DNA of 61,825 nt from a virus. Its lineage: Duplodnaviria; Caudoviricetes. The stretch is taken from IMG/VR virus record IMGVR_UViG_3300010397_000010, positions 1-61,825 of that record. The stretch is one strand, 5' to 3'. A model generated the notes under the pieces. That model was given only the letters and a program-made list of their open reading frames with translations, searched no databases and was not told the origin of the DNA. The position numbers were made by a program, and so were the translations under genes. Below are positions 54,266 through 61,825 of this stretch, piece after piece; the first letter of the stretch is position 1, and the number at the start of each line of letters is the position of its first letter.

Positions 54266-56409
54266 CCCTGCCGTCCCAACTCAGCGAAGAATTCTTCCGC
54301 TCCAGAGTTTACCACGACATTCCCTCTCCACGGACTGAGATCAACCATCCACCCTTCCCCCTCAGCCGGCGCGTTATACCTGACCTTCGCCCTTTCGGCC
54401 ATCACATCCATCGAGTGCAGGGAGAAATAACTCATCGCCGCCGCAAATATCCGATCATCATGTTTCCCCGACTGATGATCCATTCTTGACTTGCCTTCAG
54501 TCGTAAACTTCTGCTCCTGCCCTTCCAATTCCTCAATCAATCCCTTCGAGTTAGGAATAAACCATCCCCCCTCAATGGCAAACTTAAAGTAATTCAGAAG
54601 CATCGGCCTCGACCATGCGTTCGTAAACCATCCCTCTCTCGATTGCTCAGTTTGGCGAGGCTTTAGGGATTTTTTGTCGAATTCCCTCCATTGATGATGG
54701 TTGCGAAAGCCATGAAGTTTCAGCGCGTGATAGCACGAGTCGCCATACTTGCGTCGCTGCTCAATCACTATCTTCGGCTGCTGGCCCTCTTCCATAAACA
54801 TCCCATAATAGGCCGTGATTGCGGCTACCCACGCATACACTTCAACATTCGAGATGTCATCCGACGCAAACTCAGCCACTTGGACATCAGGGATGGCATC
54901 ATGCCCCGTCCGAGTTACGCAGATCACCGTCCTGTCCCCTCCCACCCCTGTCCCCGGATCGACTCCAATCGAATACATCGCTCCTTTTTCGGGATGCACA
55001 TAAATAAGGAGCTTCTTTAAGGGATCAAACGTGACCGACTCCCCATCTCCCACCAAGGGCATTAAGATCCACTGAAGATTAATCTCCCTTGGCGTGCGCC
55101 AATCAACAATAATCCTCGGTCGATCATAATCAACAAACGCAGGCGGAGGATCGTGCTTCTCCGCTATCCCTTCCCCAAGAATGCCATACACATCAACCGT
55201 CCTTTGGCGACCCTTCGAGATTACTTGAATCGTCTCCCACTCAAACACGGAGTCGTTATCCCCCACGAGGGCCTCAAAATCGTCGCATGGCATTTGACGG
55301 AGCCATGACTTCTCAGTCCTTCTTCTCTTGGAATCTTGATAGTTAAATTCCCAAAACCACTTCTGAGTATCTGGCAGCTTCCACCTTCCTCCGAGAATCC
55401 TTCTAATCATCTCCGTCGAATGAGCGTATGCCTCGCATTTATTGGTCATCGCCACTGTCTCAGGAGATGGCTTCCACGATTCGGGATAGGGGAATTTCTT
55501 GATCCAATTCTCCGTCGGATAAAGCTCAGGAGTCATATACCATGGCAGGAAGAGTGGAAGCAATCTCGCTCGACCTTGCCAATAGAACTCCTTATTATTC
55601 CTCCACTGATCCGCCCACCATCCGGTATTGCCGTTCCCCGTCGATTCGAGCACCATGAATATCTCCGGTGAAGAATGGACAGCTTTGAATAATCCCTCTT
55701 CAATCTGCATCACAGGATCGGTATAGTCACAAACCTCAGAGAGATGCACCTTGGTCGGAGTAGTTCCCTGTCCGATACCGCCTTTCATTGAACCTGATTG
55801 CACAACAATCGAAGTTCCCACATGCGAGAATTCTAAGAGAGCTTTACCCGACCTCTTATCCTTCGTCATGGCCGGAGGAAGCCACCAAGGGAGATTCTCA
55901 AGAATGAGATACATCATGGACATCATCACATAAGTTTTCTGATCGTCTGCTGAGCCAATCGAACACTTCGCCCCCGGCACAAATAGCGCACACCACGCCA
56001 TGATCGCTTCCACGAGTGTCGAGATACCTTGCTGGCGGGCCTTAAGGGTTTGGAGTTCTATTGATTGGCCTTTTTGTTCCAACTCTTGAATTACTTTATA
56101 GAAAGCACGCTGGCCTGAGCGGAAGTTGAAGCGGATAATCTGATTATCTGCGGAGATGAAAACATATCTTGTAAGGAAGTATTCGCAGCTCAAAGTACAC
56201 ATGGCTCTCTCGTTGAGAACCCATTGCTTCAGTCTAGGAGTCCACTTCGAATCGTCGAAATATTCGACTCCATTATTTCCTATTTGATATAAGGACTTAA
56301 AGAGTTCATTAACCTTTGTCACTTCCTCAATTGAATGCTCAATTGGAATCCATCCAAACTTTCGTTTGAACCTATCCATCTTCTCAAGTATCTTCGAGTC
56401 AGCGAACAT
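54262..56409 (-). CDS. terL: Terminase large subunit
   Basis: LKARQQGIST, VHLSE, ESTGNG, IGVDPGTGVGGD, HDDRIFA. Confidence 0.93.
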   Translation of the reverse strand: MFADSKILEKMDRFKRKFGWIPIEHSIEEVTKVNELFKSLYQIGNNGVEYFDDSKWTPRLKQWVLNERAMCTLSCEYFLTRYVFISADNQIIRFNFRSGQRAFYKVIQELEQKGQSIELQTLKARQQGISTLVEAIMAWCALFVPGAKCSIGSADDQKTYVMMSMMYLILENLPWWLPPAMTKDKRSGKALLEFSHVGTSIVVQSGSMKGGIGQGTTPTKVHLSEVCDYTDPVMQIEEGLFKAVHSSPEIFMVLESTGNGNTGWWADQWRNNKEFYWQGRARLLPLFLPWYMTPELYPTENWIKKFPYPESWKPSPETVAMTNKCEAYAHSTEMIRRILGGRWKLPDTQKWFWEFNYQDSKRRRTEKSWLRQMPCDDFEALVGDNDSVFEWETIQVISKGRQRTVDVYGILGEGIAEKHDPPPAFVDYDRPRIIVDWRTPREINLQWILMPLVGDGESVTFDPLKKLLIYVHPEKGAMYSIGVDPGTGVGGDRTVICVTRTGHDAIPDVQVAEFASDDISNVEVYAWVAAITAYYGMFMEEGQQPKIVIEQRRKYGDSCYHALKLHGFRNHHQWREFDKKSLKPRQTEQSREGWFTNAWSRPMLLNYFKFAIEGGWFIPNSKGLIEELEGQEQKFTTEGKSRMDHQSGKHDDRIFAAAMSYFSLHSMDVMAERAKVRYNAPAEGEGWMVDLSPWRGNVVVNSGAEEFFAELGRQG

Positions 56410-56411
56410 TC

Positions 56412-57248
56412 TTAATCCTCCTCCATATCCAGATACTCAATCTCAGGCGCTCCGATGGGATGAATGGTCGGCACACTCTCCACTCCCTGCGCCGCTTTCA
56501 ACTCCTTCGGCCTTACCACCTCATCATGAATCTCCCTCAAATAAGCATCCATTGATGGCGGAGGAGTACAAGATTCATCCCCCTCAGTAAGCGCAGCAGG
56601 AGTATTCGTAGCGTTAAGCTGTTGGAGGTTAATCGTCGTTTGGGCTCCCTTCGGAGTGGGAAGGAATCCCGTCGCCCGGTGGAACATATCCTGCGCCTTC
56701 ATATCCCCCCAAGTGTGGCCGACGATATCCCCATTACCATCTAGGATCGGAGTTTGCTCCGTAGCCGCCTTTATGGTAGCGCTAACCACCAAGGGCTGAT
56801 TAACCGCCACCAGCATTCGAGTTATATCCGACGCTTGCTGTAGGAGTGCCCCTGTTAGGCATTCAATAAATCTCCTCGTGCTAAGTCCGGAGGCAATCAC
56901 GAAATCCTCAATCCTCAACTTCTCCCGATCCGACGCGGAGATTGATTCATAAGCCTTAATGAATGCTCTCGCATCCACACTATCATCCCCCCGGAGGGCA
57001 CTCAACATCGCCGCTCTCGACCCGACTCCCTTCAGAATCTGCTCCGTTATCTCGGGAGCATTCTGCGAGTCCTCATCACTTATTCCCAACCTTTGTCTAG
57101 CTTGTTGAGTTCTAGTGAGGATTACCTTAGGAACTCCATTGCTAATTCTCTTTCTCTTTGAGAGAGGAGAGGAATTGTCTGAGTTCTCGTTCATCATCGG
57201 ATTGTCCATATTGAGCGGAGAAGAGTTCGGCTTCATTTCGGCTTCCAC
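56412..57248 (-). CDS. Putative terminase small subunit
   Basis: Directly upstream of terL; helical core with TTINLQQ strand. Confidence 0.55.
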   Translation of the reverse strand: MEAEMKPNSSPLNMDNPMMNENSDNSSPLSKRKRISNGVPKVILTRTQQARQRLGISDEDSQNAPEITEQILKGVGSRAAMLSALRGDDSVDARAFIKAYESISASDREKLRIEDFVIASGLSTRRFIECLTGALLQQASDITRMLVAVNQPLVVSATIKAATEQTPILDGNGDIVGHTWGDMKAQDMFHRATGFLPTPKGAQTTINLQQLNATNTPAALTEGDESCTPPPSMDAYLREIHDEVVRPKELKAAQGVESVPTIHPIGAPEIEYLDMEED

Positions 57249-57331
57249 TTATCTCCTCTCCTTCCTGACCATCATTAAATCTTTTCAGCTCTCTAGTGAG
57301 ATTCTCAATCGCACTCACTAAGGAATCAACC

Positions 57332-57733
57332 TTACTTCGAGACTTCTTTCTTTTCGATGGCTCTCTCAAAGTGTACTTTCCTTCTCTGCGGCCCCGAGGG
57401 AGTCGAGACCATCACCGGAATGGGGAGATCATGTTCCTGCCTCGCCACGTTGGGAGGGCCACTTTCATAGCTCGCCTTCACACTCTCTATGATCTCTTCC
57501 ATCTCCCCTTCAAGCGGCTTCTCTAGCTCCCCATCCACCTTGCCCCATACCAAAGTCGATGGCACAGAGGCTCTAGCATACTTAAGATTAATCTCAAATA
57601 TCATGCTGAAGGAAGGATAGCTCAAGTCGTCTTGAAGGGTGCAATCCTTATTCAGCGCATTCTCAATCCTCTGAAGGATGATCTTCTTTATCTCTGATCC
57701 TGATAATGGGTCATTGAGCGTTAGTTCGGCCAT
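57332..57733 (-). CDS. Hypothetical protein
   Basis: GGAGG SD. Confidence 0.7.
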   Translation of the reverse strand: MAELTLNDPLSGSEIKKIILQRIENALNKDCTLQDDLSYPSFSMIFEINLKYARASVPSTLVWGKVDGELEKPLEGEMEEIIESVKASYESGPPNVARQEHDLPIPVMVSTPSGPQRRKVHFERAIEKKEVSK

Positions 57734-57734
57734 T

Positions 57735-57926
57735 CTATTTAGCCTCCCTTATTCCTATTCTCAATCCCGTTCCAAAACAATCAGGACATCCCTCATCTCT
57801 AATCGGAATAGGTTCATTAGGAATAATTTTAGCTAGTTTGTCGAGATTGGCTATCACTCCCTGAGACATAAGAAGCCTTTTTATTTTCCCTGTTCCCATA
57901 CACGTTACACATCTATCCTCTGGCAT
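57735..57926 (-). CDS. DnaJ-type Zn-finger mini-protein
   Basis: CVTCMGTG...CPDCFGTG. Confidence 0.7.
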   Translation of the reverse strand: MPEDRCVTCMGTGKIKRLLMSQGVIANLDKLAKIIPNEPIPIRDEGCPDCFGTGLRIGIREAK

Positions 57927-58058
57927 TCTTTCTCCTCTCGATCATCTCGCGATAAATCTTCATCATCCACCTTCCCAACTCGGCTCGTTCAAGCTGAGGC
58001 CCTCTCTTTAACCTTCGCTGGAGATACCTTCTCTCCGCTGGAGTTAGAGAGGGCTCAT

Positions 58059-58529
58059 TTATATTACGTGCTTCCATAATTTTCTTGAGACTACGAGCAT
58101 TATAGTTCGCCCACAAACACCGTACTTTTCACCAAGCTTTCTATATTTCCCTCGTTCAGGAGCATACTCAGATCGAATCTGTCTCACTAAATCATCATTT
58201 AGCTTGGCTTCCCATTGCTGAGTCCCTCGTATGCTTCTTCCACGTTCCGCCTTCTCCTGTTGATTCTTCCTATTATCTCCCTCACTAATATGCTTAGGAT
58301 TGAAGCAAGAAGGATTGTCACAAGAATGAAGTCCATTGGGAACAGGCCAGTATCCATTGACGAACTTGAATGCAAGCCGATGTGCTGCTACTTTAATACG
58401 CTTTCCTGCAATCTCTAGCGGAATTCTTAATCTTCCATACCCATCCCTATCAACCTGATACGGCCAGATCAAGCATTCATCCGGCAAGGGCTCATTTACC
58501 TTTTGATAGAGATAATCGTAAGCAGTCAT
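58059..58529 (-). CDS. HNH homing endonuclease (paralogue of 9371-9850)
   Basis: CLIWPY, DGYGR, AHRLAF, LHSCDNPSCFNPKHI. Confidence 0.88.
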   Translation of the reverse strand: MTAYDYLYQKVNEPLPDECLIWPYQVDRDGYGRLRIPLEIAGKRIKVAAHRLAFKFVNGYWPVPNGLHSCDNPSCFNPKHISEGDNRKNQQEKAERGRSIRGTQQWEAKLNDDLVRQIRSEYAPERGKYRKLGEKYGVCGRTIMLVVSRKLWKHVI

Positions 58530-59761
58530 TGAATTGCGCTCCTTGTCAGAATAGTTGGAATCGGCTCATTTATTCCATCCAAGAACCACTTCTCAAATCT
58601 CGGCCAGAGATTATCCCAATTCAGTTCGGGAGGCAATACAGTTTCGTTAGGATTTCGCAAAGCTGTATTGATAGCCGTAACCCAACTAGCAGGCTCAAAT
58701 ACCGGGCGCATAAAGTTAAATGGGCCTTCGACTCTCATTATGTCCGGTTTAATTTTCATCCAGCAGGGAAGGAACTCTGCAGCTCCGCCATAATCACAGT
58801 GTATTACTGGAACTCCACAAGCTATAGACTCGAATATGGGATAGCCGAAACCCTCAGACATCCCAATTCCCAAGGTAATGTCCATCGCTGAGTAGAGTTG
58901 ACTCATCCTCTCATTCGAAAAGTTATGAGTCGTGACAGCAGTTCTATTGAGCAATCCTAAGTCCGAAAATAACTCTAAGATGCTCCATTCCCTCTTCAAA
59001 GCATCCGTGTGAGCCCACACAAACACTTCCCTTTCCTTCGCTATTTGGGCTATCACTTGTGCCGCTAGGCCCCAATCCTTCCTTCTTTGGTTAGTAGCTA
59101 CAATTCCTATTGCTAGGGCTTCAAGAGGGATTGAGATTGGCTTAGCGGATTCGATTAGTGATCCAAAATCTCTTTTGCAGATTCGGCGGTCATAAGCTGT
59201 GAACACCTCGGTATCAATCCCATGAGGAATACTCTCCACCTCAGCCTCTCCAAACTCGCTAAGGGAATCCTTCACTATCCTCTCGGCCCATTTGGTATAC
59301 ATCAATCTTCTATCGTATCCAGCGATAGTATGAGCTAATTGAGGAGTCAGTTTCCCATTCACCCCTACGGCATCAAGCGGGAAGTATCCCCACAACCTCA
59401 TCATCCCCGTATCGCGCATTTGCTTAACCCACTTCGATAAGGAGGGGATCTGTCCAAACTGAGGATCACTTAGCCAAAGCACTCGGGAAGGATCTTGAAT
59501 AGTAAGGAGTATTCCTGGCTCCCCTCTAGTGAAGTCATTCCATATCTCAGGTAGCTCGGGGATGTGGAAGTCATCCCTCATATTCCATGAATATTGAAAG
59601 AAGGGAAGCTCTATTGATCCCGGAGCGCCATACCCAATTGTCGCCACGAAGAATTGATCGCTCATCTTAGTTGCGATCCTCGTGGCAATATCCCTCGTGA
59701 TTCGAGCTAGTCCTGATTTGGCTGAAGGAGCATCGGAGAAGATCAATAAGGGGGTAGGCAT
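58526..59761 (-). CDS. Glycosyltransferase family 4 (GT-B)
   Basis: SDAPSAKSGLA, IPHGIDT, NQRRKD, SEGFGYPIFESIACGVP. Confidence 0.88.
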   Translation of the reverse strand: MPTPLLIFSDAPSAKSGLARITRDIATRIATKMSDQFFVATIGYGAPGSIELPFFQYSWNMRDDFHIPELPEIWNDFTRGEPGILLTIQDPSRVLWLSDPQFGQIPSLSKWVKQMRDTGMMRLWGYFPLDAVGVNGKLTPQLAHTIAGYDRRLMYTKWAERIVKDSLSEFGEAEVESIPHGIDTEVFTAYDRRICKRDFGSLIESAKPISIPLEALAIGIVATNQRRKDWGLAAQVIAQIAKEREVFVWAHTDALKREWSILELFSDLGLLNRTAVTTHNFSNERMSQLYSAMDITLGIGMSEGFGYPIFESIACGVPVIHCDYGGAAEFLPCWMKIKPDIMRVEGPFNFMRPVFEPASWVTAINTALRNPNETVLPPELNWDNLWPRFEKWFLDGINEPIPTILTRSAIQ

Positions 59762-60024
59762 TCTGTCCGTCGATTCCTTTCTCTTTCTATCCATCCATTT
59801 AGCCTAATTCTAGTTAACTTTGAAGGTCGGGAGCGCCCGGTTTCTATTCTCCAGAGCGTTGTTCGATTGATTCCTAGGATTTCCGCGAGTCGGATTTGAT
59901 CGACTCCGAATCCTTTACGGATTCCCTCAATCGATTCGCCCGCCAGGGATTCTTCTTTGGCTGCCACCAGTCCACCCTTGTACAGCGTGGGCAGCGGATT
60001 GGGTTCGGCTTGATAGCAGGCCAA
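59743..60024 (-). CDS. XRE/Cro-type HTH regulator (start uncertain)
   Basis: QIRLAEILGINRTTLWRIETG. Confidence 0.75.
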   Translation of the reverse strand: MACYQAEPNPLPTLYKGGLVAAKEESLAGESIEGIRKGFGVDQIRLAEILGINRTTLWRIETGRSRPSKLTRIRLNGWIERERNRRTECLPPY

Positions 60025-60056
60025 TCAGCGCCACATTGATTGCAATGTTTAATCAC
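59874..60056 (-). CDS. Zn-ribbon protein
   Basis: CNQCGADW...CPRCTRVDW. Confidence 0.65.
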   Translation of the reverse strand: MIKHCNQCGADWPAIKPNPIRCPRCTRVDWWQPKKNPWRANRLRESVKDSESIKSDSRKS

Positions 60057-60062
60057 TCGGAG

Positions 60063-60091
60063 AGGATAATGGTAGTTGGAATAAGATGCAA
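60063..60091 (-). promoter_or_regulatory. Sigma70-type leftward promoter
   Basis: TTGCAT-17 nt-TATCCT on - strand. Confidence 0.6.
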
Positions 60092-60788
60092 CACTTTTCT
60101 GCTTCTACTTATGTATATGATTCTAAAGAAGATTACTAATTTTCCAAAAAATTTCAAAATCCCAAAAAATTTTCGATAGCTGGAAAATGCGTCGAAGCCT
60201 CTCCCGCTCCCCTTAACGGACAACTAATCCAGGCCATCCAAGCGCCAGCAGCTATTGCTACTCCCTCGAGGCATCCCTAGCAAGAATAGTCTGAATTCTA
60301 GAATTGAGATCGAGCTGCAGCTGATCAGGAGCGAATATTGACTAATCAAGCTAACTAAGACAATCCCTCTTAACAAGACTAATCGTGTCAATTCTGACAC
60401 GGTAAATATTACCGTCTAAATCTTGACACAATGAATGTGAATAGAGGGATCGTATCCATCCAAGCCAATTCCCCTTAACAATCAATAGTCTATTAGCAAT
60501 CCTTATCATGATTACTCTAAGGATTATCAATAACTTATATCGTTCAATTGTCTGATTGCCTTGCAGAATAGATAGGGCCATTTCCCTCACCTCGGGCCCG
60601 TATGAGTGGCGGTTGAGCAGGGGTGATACCAGCCCGTTGCGCTCTCTTGTCTCCGCCGCTCGCTCCACTCATGGTATCACATCTGTCAAGCGATACCAGA
60701 TGGCCATTCGGCGACTCGCTTGCCGATAGATGTCGGAAGTCTCATTCCTTCTCATTGAAAATAAATCATCCATAGTCGGATTATTTTA

Positions 60789-60817
60789 TTGACATATTCT
60801 CTCTATATCACTACTCT
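60789..60817 (+). promoter_or_regulatory. Sigma70-type early promoter
   Basis: TTGACA-17 nt-TACTCT. Confidence 0.7.
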
Positions 60818-60841
60818 TTAAATACAGGAAAGCTATTCAAC

Positions 60842-61114
60842 ATGAAAGGAACACAAATGAGATACCCCACGATTCCGCAAGATTCACCTGTTGAAGTAAT
60901 TCGCAAGCAACTCCCACGCGGCACTGGCGATTGGCCGGGTTATGACGTGGTTTACCGCAAACTCTATGACGCGTGCATGCGCATGGCCCAAACGCAATAT
61001 GTCTACCTCTCCGATGAGCACGTTCGCGCTATGGCTATCCTCGGATGTGGCGACGAAGAGACCATGAAAGCCGAGCAGATGCGTCTTAGAAGTCGTGGAT
61101 TTCTAATCGACTAG
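60842..61114 (+). CDS. Hypothetical early protein
   Basis: ORF bracketed by a promoter and a terminator. Confidence 0.7.
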   Translation: MKGTQMRYPTIPQDSPVEVIRKQLPRGTGDWPGYDVVYRKLYDACMRMAQTQYVYLSDEHVRAMAILGCGDEETMKAEQMRLRSRGFLID

Positions 61115-61138
61115 CGGATCTGCACGCGCGTGACTCCA

Positions 61139-61167
61139 GGGCCCACGTCCAATCGTGGGCCTTTTTC
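61139..61167 (+). terminator. Intrinsic terminator
   Basis: GGCCCACG-loop-CGTGGGCC followed by TTTTT. Confidence 0.8.
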
Positions 61168-61213
61168 ACATTCCTTAGAGATAAAATAAATCATCATCTA
61201 TTGAACTATTCTA

Positions 61214-61242
61214 TTGACATTCTTTCTAGCTAGAGCTATTCT
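61214..61242 (+). promoter_or_regulatory. Sigma70-type early promoter
   Basis: TTGACA-17 nt-TATTCT. Confidence 0.7.
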
Positions 61243-61273
61243 CTCTTTAGATCAGACGAAAGGAATTGAGTCT

Positions 61274-61480
61274 ATGACCATCCGAGACGCATATTACACA
61301 ACTCCAGAGTTTACCGCATATCTTGCAGCACGTGAAGTCTGGATCACTGCACACAATGAATACTCCATGAGGAAATGCTCTGAGACTATTCATGCGTTGA
61401 ATTATGCGCAAGAATGCATGGATCATTACCTCCAGTGTGCAAGGGCAACTCGGGAACATCGAGAATTGTTTGGATGGTAG
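61274..61480 (+). CDS. Hypothetical early protein
   Basis: AAGGA SD; MTIRDAYY... Confidence 0.65.
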   Translation: MTIRDAYYTTPEFTAYLAAREVWITAHNEYSMRKCSETIHALNYAQECMDHYLQCARATREHRELFGW

Positions 61481-61541
61481 GTAACTAACTCAACTCAATA
61501 ACTCAGAATTACCCCTTAGGATTAAAAGGAGAATTATCACA

Positions 61542-61825
61542 ATGACCAATTCAATAAATGGATTCACCCGACTCCAATACGCCAAAGATGGCGAAGAGTG
61601 GCGTAGGCCGTATCGCATCCAAGTATTCGCATCCAAGTTTGCGCCCGTCCGCGATCGGATGCGCCCGCATCCACACACGGTGATTGAGTTAAAGCATATC
61701 GGATTCGATGGATGGAATCCCATCCAGAGCTATTCAGAAGCTAGATTGTCCGGAGCTGGATCATTCCTCTACCCCGGATTGATTGCGACCCGGAAAGCAG
61801 CGATGGAATTCCTCGCCGCTCCCGG
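61542..61825 (+). CDS. Junction-spanning hypothetical protein (ends at 220)
   Basis: AAGGAG SD; MTNSINGFTRLQY... open to the window end. Confidence 0.8.
   Translation, partial: MTNSINGFTRLQYAKDGEEWRRPYRIQVFASKFAPVRDRMRPHPHTVIELKHIGFDGWNPIQSYSEARLSGAGSFLYPGLIATRKAAMEFLAAP
61703..61825. repeat. Terminal direct repeat (copy 2)
   Basis: Identical to 1-123. Confidence 0.95.

Noticed and set aside
60351-60668. 105-aa minus-strand ORF
   Set aside because: No SD or recognisable motif; likely spurious in a non-coding region
1-61825. tRNA genes, integrase, reverse transcriptase/DGR, stop-codon recoding
   Set aside because: None recognised by eye; core genes are intact in the standard code with TAG, TGA and TAA all used as stops

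Overview
The window is an apparently complete ~61.7 kb circular tailed-phage genome. Bases 1-123 are identical to 61703-61825, and one ORF reads through the join. The gene set is podovirus-like: terminase, portal, scaffold, capsid, adaptor/nozzle and ejection proteins, with no tape measure protein and no integrase seen. Several protein types suggest an Acidobacteriota-like diderm host (inference). The + strand carries early and replication genes behind sigma70-type promoters: an acidic Ocr-like protein, a Tad2/DUF2829 protein, a sugar C-methyltransferase-like enzyme, a GT2, a PolA split into UDG-exonuclease and polymerase genes with a Dam-type MTase between them, a PyrE-like domain, and a Cas4-like/Sak4/SSB trio. 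The - strand carries a helicase with an iteron-type origin, morphogenesis genes, a GT4 and lysis genes. Two things stand out. (1) The family-A polymerase keeps its catalytic aspartates but has replaced nearly all the usually invariant minor-groove and steric-gate residues. (2) A transcription unit encodes the tailspike and three other Cys/Ser/Thr-rich proteins with Sec-type signal peptides, followed by a lysis block with a Tat-signal protein and a papain-like protease. All calls are by-eye motif recognition; no searches were run.
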